From: Rhodothermales bacterium
Lineage (GTDB): Bacteria > Bacteroidota > Rhodothermia > Rhodothermales > VXPQ01
Reading direction: 5' to 3'
DNA length: 64,000 nucleotides
NCBI GenBank assembly: GCA_965223485.1
Contig: OZ244993.1
Location: 1,513,527-1,577,526, forward strand
In this document: positions 45,320 through 52,864 of the stretch, in pieces
Layout: the number at the start of each line of letters is the position of its first letter
Numbering within the stretch: the first letter of the stretch is position 1
Translations under genes and position numbers: made by a program
The notes under the pieces: generated by a model
Told to the model about the DNA's origin: nothing
Seen by the model: the letters and a program-made list of their open reading frames with translations, nothing else
The model's database searches: none

Positions 45320-46870
45320 GCAATGGAGCATGGCGCCGACGTGACGCTGAAGCTCCCGCCTCCGACCTGGCAGGAACTCGAAGACGGCAAGGCGAACGGC
45401 TCCATCTCGGGGCTGGAGGCGAACTGGGTATACGGCGGCACCTGGTCAATCCGCATCAATGGGGGGCAAGGGGTAGCGCTTGATCTCCAGGGTCCGAATT
45501 CGTCGGAAAATGGCAATCTGTGGAGCGAATTCGAATGGAACAATGTGCGCGCCATCGGCCCCTTCCGGGATTGGGGTAGCGCCGGTAGTGACGGTGGTCG
45601 GGTCTACCTGGACGACGTGTATATCGGCCCGTCCAGTCTTGATCTGGCGGACGCCGCGGGACAGCCTGCGGCCATGTCCGGCGTGGACGTGAGCGCCGAC
45701 GGCCCCGTCAATGTCGTCTCCTGGACCCACAATCCCGATTTAGGGGGATACAATGTGTATGCCGACACAAGTCCGATCACGGACGTGAGCGCCCCGGGTG
45801 TATTGCTCCTGGGGACGGTGTCCTCCTCCAGGGCGGACCAGTTCGTGATGAGCGAGTTCCAAGTGCGGCACCAGGTGGAATTGCCTCACGCGTCCCTTGG
45901 CTCGACTGTCTACTATGCGGTAACGAGCCTGAGCGTATTCGGAACGGAGAACCCGGACGTGTCGAACAGCACCAAAGAAATCACTAATCCGGATATTCCT
46001 GTTTCGGCGTCGGTGATGCCCTTGACGGAAGACGAAGGCGATGCGCTGTTCGACGATGTCAGTGCGGGGAACGTATCGAAAGAAAACTTTCCTTCCGGGG
46101 CTATGCCGTTCGTTATCGACGATACGCATTCGCAGCTCTCCGAAAACGGCGTCACATTGCCCTCAAGCAACACCGACCTTTCCGGATCCGTCTGGATGGC
46201 GTATTCGGAGGCGCACGACGGCGAACTATATATCTATGCCGAGGTCACCGACAATATGCTGAAATTCGCCCCGTCCAGCGAGTCCCCGGCTGTCGCCTGG
46301 GCGTATGATTCCATCGAATTCGGGTGGGGGAACTACGACGTGCGCGACGCCGGGGGGTCGGTGCTGGGCGGTTCTCCGCACAACGACATGGTACGCGGGG
46401 AATATCCTGATTACCAGCTCCGCCTGTCCGCGCACGGGGCCGCGACCAGTGCGAACGCGAGAACGTTTGTGTATCGTGGCGAGGACAAGATCGATCCCGG
46501 CGATGCTGCGTACGCTTCCATGACAGGCGGCTACAAGATACTGGCGCTTTTCCCCTTCCCCGCCATGAGGGCGTCAGGCGATGCGATTCCCGCCTTTCCC
46601 GGATCCGGCGAGGTTCGCTTTTTCCCCCTGACGATTACACTGAACGACCGGGACGGAAGCAACCGCGATCACCAGATCACATGGAGCCTGAACCCCTCGG
46701 TGAATAACAACTGGTGGAATACGCCAAGCCAGTGGCAAACCGTGGCGATGGCCGGCCCGATGTCTCCGACGTCGAGTGAAGGTCCGGCGGAACTGCCGGA
46801 GGTGTATGCCGGAAGGCAGGAGGCGCAGGATATTTACTGCGCCTCCTGCAGCGCCTCGGCAAATCCGTAG
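45320..46870 (+). CDS. CBM9/DOMON-like carbohydrate-binding protein, apparently truncated at both ends
   Basis: DSIEFGWGNYDVRD and ITLNDRDGSNRDHQITWSLNP match the CBM9-like pattern. There is no signal peptide. The protein ends just after a pre-CTD-like AELPEVYA and reads into the antisense of the xylanase 3' end. Confidence 0.5.
   Translation, partial: AMEHGADVTLKLPPPTWQELEDGKANGSISGLEANWVYGGTWSIRINGGQGVALDLQGPNSSENGNLWSEFEWNNVRAIGPFRDWGSAGSDGGRVYLDDVYIGPSSLDLADAAGQPAAMSGVDVSADGPVNVVSWTHNPDLGGYNVYADTSPITDVSAPGVLLLGTVSSSRADQFVMSEFQVRHQVELPHASLGSTVYYAVTSLSVFGTENPDVSNSTKEITNPDIPVSASVMPLTEDEGDALFDDVSAGNVSKENFPSGAMPFVIDDTHSQLSENGVTLPSSNTDLSGSVWMAYSEAHDGELYIYAEVTDNMLKFAPSSESPAVAWAYDSIEFGWGNYDVRDAGGSVLGGSPHNDMVRGEYPDYQLRLSAHGAATSANARTFVYRGEDKIDPGDAAYASMTGGYKILALFPFPAMRASGDAIPAFPGSGEVRFFPLTITLNDRDGSNRDHQITWSLNPSVNNNWWNTPSQWQTVAMAGPMSPTSSEGPAELPEVYAGRQEAQDIYCASCSASANP
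46817..46848. terminator. 12-bp-stem hairpin at the convergent gene junction
   Basis: CAGGAGGCGCAG-GATATTTA-CTGCGCCTCCTG. The xylanase stop codon (46834-46836) sits in the loop. Confidence 0.5.
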
Positions 46871-48036
46871 TAGGCGGGCTTGGGGAGCAATCTCGCATCG
46901 AACAGGAGCGGCCACTCCGGCTGATCGTAAAAATCGATGAGCCAGGTGTCCGGGTCGCGTAGTCCCCACATGGTAATGGCGAAACGCTGCTCCTCGGGAA
47001 TCCGGTTGAAGGCGGCTACGACCTCCTTGACGCGTTCTTTCTGAATGTCTCCCCGCGACGCATCCCAGGATTGCAGGCTGCCGTCGGTGTTGATGCGCAC
47101 ATCCAGTTCGGAGAGGTGCAGCTTCAGGCCGCGCTTCGCTACCTCGTCTATGGTCGCGGTAATCTCTTCGAGGGGCGGGCCGTCGTAGGCCATGTGCATT
47201 TGCAATCCCACGCCGTCTATGGGAATGCCGCGCTCCTGAAAGTCGTCGAGCATTCTCGCCACGGCGCGGCGCTTGGGCAGGCTCCAGGTGAGCCCGTAAT
47301 CGTTGTAGAAAAGCAGCAGATCCGGGTCGGCTTCCCGGGCATACCGGAACAGCCGGGCAATGTAATCGTCGCCCATTCGCCGCCGGAACACGCTGTTGCG
47401 CAATGCTCCCCGTTCGTCATCGAACGCTTCGTTGATCACGTCCCAGCTCACGACGCGTCCCTTGTAGCGCTGTATGACGGTCGTGATGTATTCTTTTACG
47501 GCGGCCTCGAACGCCTCGTCGTCTCCCCCGAAGTTTTCCATCCAGGACGGCGTCGTCTGATGCCACACGAGCGTATGCCCGTGGACCTGCATGCCATTCG
47601 CCTCGGCGAAATCCACCAGCGCATCGGCCCCGGCCCAGTTGTACGATCCCGGACCGGTGGATATCGGGTTCATCTTCATTTCCCACTCGGCCGTGATGCT
47701 GTTGAACACCTTTTTGATCACGGTGGTGCGCTCCGTGTTGGACAAGTGTCCTGCCTGGATGGCTACGCCGACAGGGTGTACGGCGAGGGTTTTGAGCGCC
47801 GGGTAATCGCGGTTTGGTTCCGGCGTAATCTCGTCCATGCCGGAATCGGCGCTGCATCCGGCAGCCGGGAGGGCAAGCAGGCACAGGAGCATACCGGAGG
47901 GGGAGAGAAAGGTGCGCATGGGGTTGGAGAGGAAGGTGCGCATGGGGTTGGAGAGGAAGGTGCGCATGGGGTTGGAGAGGAAGGTGCGCATCGGGTTGGA
48001 GCAGAAATGAACAGACATGAACAGGCCTTTCTTCAT
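46834..48036 (-). CDS. GH10 endo-1,4-beta-xylanase (lipoprotein)
   Basis: VHGHTLVWHQ, WDVINEA, LFYNDYG and LHLSELDV catalytic-region motifs. Lipobox LLALPAAGCS. The maximal ORF is given. The functional start is probably one of the repeated ATGs, for example 47919 (MRTFLSPSGMLLCLL...). Confidence 0.9.
   Translation of the reverse strand: MKKGLFMSVHFCSNPMRTFLSNPMRTFLSNPMRTFLSNPMRTFLSPSGMLLCLLALPAAGCSADSGMDEITPEPNRDYPALKTLAVHPVGVAIQAGHLSNTERTTVIKKVFNSITAEWEMKMNPISTGPGSYNWAGADALVDFAEANGMQVHGHTLVWHQTTPSWMENFGGDDEAFEAAVKEYITTVIQRYKGRVVSWDVINEAFDDERGALRNSVFRRRMGDDYIARLFRYAREADPDLLLFYNDYGLTWSLPKRRAVARMLDDFQERGIPIDGVGLQMHMAYDGPPLEEITATIDEVAKRGLKLHLSELDVRINTDGSLQSWDASRGDIQKERVKEVVAAFNRIPEEQRFAITMWGLRDPDTWLIDFYDQPEWPLLFDARLLPKPAYYGFAEALQEAQ
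47911..48003. repeat. 4 x 24-bp tandem repeat, each unit carrying an in-frame ATG (SNPMRTFL)
   Basis: GGTGCGCATGGGGTTGGAGAGGAA appears three times exactly plus one degenerate copy. The minus strand reads TTCCTCTCCAACCCCATGCGCACC. Confidence 0.9.
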
Positions 48037-48080
48037 ATCGTTTCGGCATTGTTTCCGTTCCGGCGGACTGACGGGAGGCG

Positions 48081-48175
48081 GGCAGTCTGGCGAGAGGTGG
48101 GCAGTCTGACGGGAGGTGGGCAGTCTGACGGGAGGCGGGCAGTCTGGCGGGAGGCGGGCAGTCTGGCGAGAGGTG
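48081..48175. repeat. 5 x 19-bp tandem repeat in the divergent xylanase/VOC promoter region
   Basis: GGCAGTCTG(A/G)CG(G/A)GAGG(T/C)G recurs at 48081, 48100, 48119, 48138 and 48157. There is a partial copy upstream. Confidence 0.9.
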
Positions 48176-48257
48176 GCACAACCGGGCGCGTGGCGTTATT
48201 CAGTGCTTTTCGTGTATATTTTTGACAGGGATAGTGTAATCATAATGGTCATGATCC

Positions 48258-48680
48258 ATGCAGCAGGAAACACCCCGATCCACCGTTATTCCCGGTCTGC
48301 GCTACCGCGATGCGCACGCTGCTATCGAATGGCTGTGCAGCGTACTCGGTTTTGAACGGCGTCTTGTGGCGCCGCATGGCGAGGACGAAATTGCCCATGC
48401 CCAGCTCGCGCTCGGCGGCGGTATGGTCATGCTCGGCTCCATGCGGGACGATGTGCATGGGCATCATGTCATCGCCTCCGAACCCGGCGGGAAGCTCACG
48501 CAGGCAGCCTATATTGTTGTCAGCGACATCGAAGCGCTCTACGAGCATGTGCAGGCGAAGGGGGCGAACATCGTCATGGAACTGGAGGAGCAACCCTATG
48601 GCGGGAGCCTCTTCGCCGTCCGCGATCCGGAAGGGCAACTTTGGAGCATCGGGTCGTACGATCCGTGGGCGGAGGAGTAG
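48258..48680 (+). CDS. VOC (glyoxalase/bleomycin-resistance) family protein
   Basis: 140 aa, with IPGLRYRDAHAAIEWLCSVLGF and YGGSLFAVRDPEGQLWSIGSYDPW, typical of the VOC fold. Confidence 0.85.
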   Translation: MQQETPRSTVIPGLRYRDAHAAIEWLCSVLGFERRLVAPHGEDEIAHAQLALGGGMVMLGSMRDDVHGHHVIASEPGGKLTQAAYIVVSDIEALYEHVQAKGANIVMELEEQPYGGSLFAVRDPEGQLWSIGSYDPWAEE

Positions 48681-48762
48681 AGGGGCAGCTTCACCTTTTT
48701 GTATATCTCCCTGTGCTATCCTCGGGGCATAGCAACCATTCTGATAGAAGCAAGGTTTTTCC

Positions 48763-49656
48763 ATGACCGTCTCCACACAGGAACGCAATGAGTTGGGGCT
48801 TCTGCTGCCGACCACCAATATCCCTATCGAGGTTCGTAATAAGGTCGAAGGGGCTGGCAAGGGGGAGATCATCAGCGCGTCCTACCCGTACAGGACCAAG
48901 CTCGCTCGCGCCGAGTACGAGCGCCAGAAGGCGGAGTTGCAGGTCGATTTGCTGAGGATGCAGCGGTGGGTTAAGGAGACGGGTCAGCGGGTCGCGCTGC
49001 TTTTCGAGGGGCGCGACGCGGCTGGCAAAGGCGGGACGATCAAGCGATTCATGGAGCACCTTAACCCGCGGAGCGCCCTGGTGGTGGCGCTGCCGGTCCC
49101 TTCCGAGAGGGAGCGCGGGCAGTGGTATTTCCAGCGCTATGTGCAGTGTCTGCCGTCCAGGGGTGAGATCGTTTTCTTTGACCGCTCCTGGTACAACCGG
49201 GCAGTGGTCGAGCCGGTAATGGGTTTTTGCACACCGGCCGAGCGCCTCCGTTTCCTGAGAGATGTAGCGGTTTTCGAAGAGCTGCTGGTCAATGACGGAT
49301 TCCACTTGTTCAAGTTCTGGTTCTCGGTAAGTCGCGAGGAGCAGCTACGGCGGTTCATGTCGCGCGCCCGGAACCCGCTCAAGCAGTGGAAAATCAGCGA
49401 CGTGGACGTCCAGTCACTCTCGCTCTGGGACGATTACACAGAGGCGAAGAAAGCGATGTTCGCGTCCACCGACACGAAAACTTCACCCTGGGTGGTAATC
49501 AAGTCGGACGACAAGAAACGGGCGCGCCTTAACTGCATGCGCTACGTGCTCGAGCAACTTCCCTACCAGGAAGATGCCCGGCGGCGTGTGAGGAAGCCCG
49601 ACAAGAAGCTCATCGGACCGGCGCAGAAGCTCTACGCACCGGGCGAGGTGTGGTAG
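48763..49656 (+). CDS. ppk2: polyphosphate kinase 2
   Basis: FEGRDAAGKGGTIKR (Walker A), YFQRY and FDRSWYNRA motifs of PPK2. Confidence 0.9.
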   Translation: MTVSTQERNELGLLLPTTNIPIEVRNKVEGAGKGEIISASYPYRTKLARAEYERQKAELQVDLLRMQRWVKETGQRVALLFEGRDAAGKGGTIKRFMEHLNPRSALVVALPVPSERERGQWYFQRYVQCLPSRGEIVFFDRSWYNRAVVEPVMGFCTPAERLRFLRDVAVFEELLVNDGFHLFKFWFSVSREEQLRRFMSRARNPLKQWKISDVDVQSLSLWDDYTEAKKAMFASTDTKTSPWVVIKSDDKKRARLNCMRYVLEQLPYQEDARRRVRKPDKKLIGPAQKLYAPGEVW

Positions 49657-49895
49657 GGAGGGGAAACCGGGGGGTTCGCGAATGGCTCCCTCCCGCGTTG
49701 GCGGCGCCGTTGCACCGGTGGTCTCCCCAGTGACATTGACGGGTACAGGCCAATTTCCATACCATATCGATGCGGCGCGTTCCGGTGCACGGGCGGCGGT
49801 GCCGGATATCCATACCTGGGTTAGGTTTCCCCGGGTTCACGGGTTCCCTGTGGGGAACCGCCGGAATCGCTATCCTGTACGTTTTTCCGAAAGAC

Positions 49896-51095
49896 ATGGC
49901 GAAAACTGGACACATGTCCCACCCGACTGGACACAACCCCGGCCTGACCCGCGCCGATCCGGTCGCAATGACGCAGCACCTGGTCCGCATACCCTCCGTG
50001 AACCCGCTGCTGGAAGACGGCGGTGACGGCGAGGGCGCCGTTGCGGCACTGGTGGCGGAGTGGCTCGGCGACTGGGGTTATCGGCCAACCGTCGTCGAAG
50101 TTGCGCCCGGCCGCCACAACGTGGTGGCGCGGCGGGGCGCAGGCGCGGGGCCGTCACTCCTTCTCAACGGTCACATGGACACCGTAGGCGTGGCGGGAAT
50201 GGCCGAACCCTTTTCAGGCGCGATCCGGGAAGGCCGAATGTACGGGCGCGGCTCGGCCGACATGAAGTCGGGTGTGGCGTGCGCGCTCGCGGTCGCCGCG
50301 GAGCTTGCAGAAGCGGAGATCCCAGGCGAATTGATCATCGCGCTGACGGCCGACGAGGAGCACGCCTCGGTAGGAATGGCGGCGCTCGTCGCGGACGGCG
50401 TGGGGGCCGATGCAGCGGTAGTCTGCGAACCCACCAGCCTGACGGTCATGCCGGCCCACAAGGGGTTTCTCTGGATCGACGCGCACGTGAAAGGCCGTGC
50501 GGCCCACGGTTCCAGACCCGAGCTCGGCGTCGACGCCATCGCGCACATGGGCCACCTCCTGATTGCCTTCGAGGAGGAAGCGCACCGGCTTGCCCGCGAG
50601 ACGGACCACGCGCTGCTTGGCGCCGCATCCCTGCACGCGGGCACGATCAAGGGTGGGAGCGCGCCGTCGGTCTACCCGGATTGCTGCCGCCTGGTCGTCG
50701 AGCGCCGTACACTGCCGGGGGAAACCGCCGACTCCGTCATGGCCGAGGTGGAGGAGGTGCTGGCGAGAGCGGGTGAGCGCTGTCCCGGGCTGGAGGGCCG
50801 GGTCGACCGGGGGCTTTTCCGCGCCGCGACCGAGGTGCCGGCCTCGTCGCCACTGGTGGCCGGCCTCAGGGAGGCGTGCATGCGATCCGACCTGCCCGGC
50901 GCCCTGAAGGGGATGTCGGCCTGGGTAGACGCCTGCTTCCTGAACGAGCACGGAACCCCGGCTGTGTGCTTCGGCCCCGGCTCAATCGCGCAGGCCCACG
51001 CCGCGGTGGAATGGGTCAGCGTGGCCGAGATCGAGACATGCGCACGGATACTGACCGACTTTGCACGGTGGTTCCTGAGGGCCGGCGAGTCGTGA
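49896..51095 (+). CDS. M20-family deacylase (ArgE/DapE-like)
   Basis: LLLNGHMDTV, GRGSADMKSG and TADEEH metal-ligand motifs. ATG 49896 was chosen because the upstream part of the listed ORF looks non-coding. Confidence 0.8.
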   Translation: MAKTGHMSHPTGHNPGLTRADPVAMTQHLVRIPSVNPLLEDGGDGEGAVAALVAEWLGDWGYRPTVVEVAPGRHNVVARRGAGAGPSLLLNGHMDTVGVAGMAEPFSGAIREGRMYGRGSADMKSGVACALAVAAELAEAEIPGELIIALTADEEHASVGMAALVADGVGADAAVVCEPTSLTVMPAHKGFLWIDAHVKGRAAHGSRPELGVDAIAHMGHLLIAFEEEAHRLARETDHALLGAASLHAGTIKGGSAPSVYPDCCRLVVERRTLPGETADSVMAEVEEVLARAGERCPGLEGRVDRGLFRAATEVPASSPLVAGLREACMRSDLPGALKGMSAWVDACFLNEHGTPAVCFGPGSIAQAHAAVEWVSVAEIETCARILTDFARWFLRAGES

Positions 51096-51206
51096 AGCGC
51101 TGAACTACCTGGACCGGCTTGTAACGACGATTGCCCCGCCGACGAAGTTCGTGCCGAAGCGCATCGTTGCGTCCGCGGCGCTGCCAGGCATACAAAAGCA
51201 AATCGA

Positions 51207-51746
51207 ATGACTACGGACTCCATGGAACGCAGACCTGAACCCGACGAGTACGGCGATTTCTATCGGCCGTACATAGCAGCGGTCCCGGATGGTCCGATTG
51301 CGGCTACGCTCCATGGGCAGCGGGGTGATCTTGCCCGTCTGACGGCGGGCATGTCTCCGGACCGCGAGCGGTACCGCTACGCACCGGGCAAGTGGTCGGT
51401 GCGCGAGATGGTGGGGCACCTGACCGACTGCGAGCGGATGTTCGCGATGCGGGCTATGGCCTTTGCCCGGGGCGACAGGGCGCACTATCCGGGATTCGAT
51501 GAGAACGAATATGCTGCTGCGTCAGGCGCGGACGAGAGAGCCCTTGCGGAATTGGTTGAGGAATGGGATGCGGCGCGGTACGCCACCGTATTACTGTTCA
51601 AGGGACTGCCGGATGACGCATGGGATCGTCGTGGGCACGCCAGTGGTTTCGAGTTCTCCGTCCGGAGCATGGCCTGGATCGCTGCAGGCCACACGCAACA
51701 TCATTTTGGGGTTCTGAGGGAGCGGTATCTGGGATTCGGGGATTGA
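51207..51746 (+). CDS. DinB-family protein
   Basis: KWSVREMVGHLTDCERMFA...AGHTQHH matches the His-triad pattern of the DinB_2 four-helix-bundle family. Confidence 0.8.
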   Translation: MTTDSMERRPEPDEYGDFYRPYIAAVPDGPIAATLHGQRGDLARLTAGMSPDRERYRYAPGKWSVREMVGHLTDCERMFAMRAMAFARGDRAHYPGFDENEYAAASGADERALAELVEEWDAARYATVLLFKGLPDDAWDRRGHASGFEFSVRSMAWIAAGHTQHHFGVLRERYLGFGD

Positions 51747-51773
51747 TGCCTGATGACAGGAGCTCGATTATGA

Positions 51774-52037
51774 AATTCCGACGAATCGCCGATCCTGTCG
51801 TTACGAACCATCGCAGCGGGCGTAATTCAGACCTCCCCGCAGAACATTGGCCAGCATTTAAAGAACATCTTCGCAGAAGGCGAGCTACTCCAAAATTCAG
51901 TTGTAAAGAAATTCTTTATAACTGCCGCTGACGGTAAGCATTACCATACGAACTTCTACAGTCTCGACGCCATCATCTCCGTTGGCTATCGCGTCAAGAG
52001 CGCTGTGGCTACGCGCTTTCGTATATGGGCACAGTAA
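51774..52037 (+). pseudogene. RhuM-family protein fragment (no start codon, truncated)
   Basis: The frame not listed in the ORF track reads ...GVIQTSPQNIGQHLKNIFAEGELLQNSVVKKFFITAADGKHYHTNFYSLDAIISVGYRVKSAVATRFRIWAQ-stop. This is the conserved N-terminal half of RhuM-like proteins. It is preceded by an in-frame TGA at 51771. Confidence 0.7.
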
Positions 52038-52079
52038 GAGGCAACCTGCAAGAAATTCTTGCAGGTTTGACAGGAAGGA

Positions 52080-52361
52080 TACTGAACCGCGTAGCAGCAG
52101 GTCAAGGCACTCTTTTTCCATGGGTGACTGGAATCCGCCGACAATCGTCACGTCGGTTTTTCGCAGTGCCCGTGCGAGGTCGTAGGTTTTGAGAATTATG
52201 TCCTCTGGGCAGCGAGCTGGACAGAAGAAGCCAACGAGAGGCTTGTTGAGTATTTCAAGGTTTCCTTTAGCAGTAACCGGGAGAAGGATTCCTTTATCGG
52301 AACAACGCCGTAATGGCGCCGGGGTGTCCGATGCCCCCGGCTTGTAGCTTCTGATTTCCAA
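52080..52361 (-). pseudogene. DprA/Smf-like (SLOG-fold) protein fragment
   Basis: KPLVGFFCPARCPEDIILKTYDLARALRKTDVTIVGGFQSPMEKECLDLLLRGS resembles Rossmann-like DprA/SLOG proteins. The sequence degenerates where it meets the RhuM fragment. Confidence 0.4.
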
Positions 52362-52393
52362 TCGTTCACGTTCCGGCCTTTTGGACTCCCTGA

Positions 52394-52594
52394 CTAAACT
52401 GTCTCGAATTCAAGGGACGAAAGATTGAGTTCGGTGGAACGTTGCGAGAGATGAAGTATTTCCACACCCACCACTTCGTTCGATTCATTGTAATCAAGCA
52501 CCACACCCGGCGAGACCTCTTCGGACTTGGTGATTGCCGAGGCGTCGAGGCGCAGGTAGAGCGCGTCAGCCTCTTTGTCGACATGCAGTTTCAT
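52394..52594 (-). CDS. DUF2283-family (antitoxin-like) small protein
   Basis: MKLHVDKEADALYLRL...PGVVLDYNESNEVVGVEILHLSQR is the canonical DUF2283 pattern. The start was taken at the MKLH Met. Confidence 0.75.
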   Translation of the reverse strand: MKLHVDKEADALYLRLDASAITKSEEVSPGVVLDYNESNEVVGVEILHLSQRSTELNLSSLEFETV

Positions 52595-52864
52595 AGATTT
52601 TCTCTCATGCTTTGGCCAAAGAATGTGCCGACTATTCCCCAAGGCAACGGGTATTCGTGACTACACGCGATATTGCTGTCGCCCTCAACGGGGTAAGGCT
52701 ACCTTTGCCTTGAGGATTACCACGGGTTTTTCGAAGTATCTTGCCATGGGGTTTGATTCGCCTGATTCTTTGGGAACAAGATCGCAATGCTGCACCTTAA
52801 TTTCTCGGAATTTTGTCCAGCCATCTCGAATCAGCTCAGAGATATTCAATAGAGAATTTGATCC

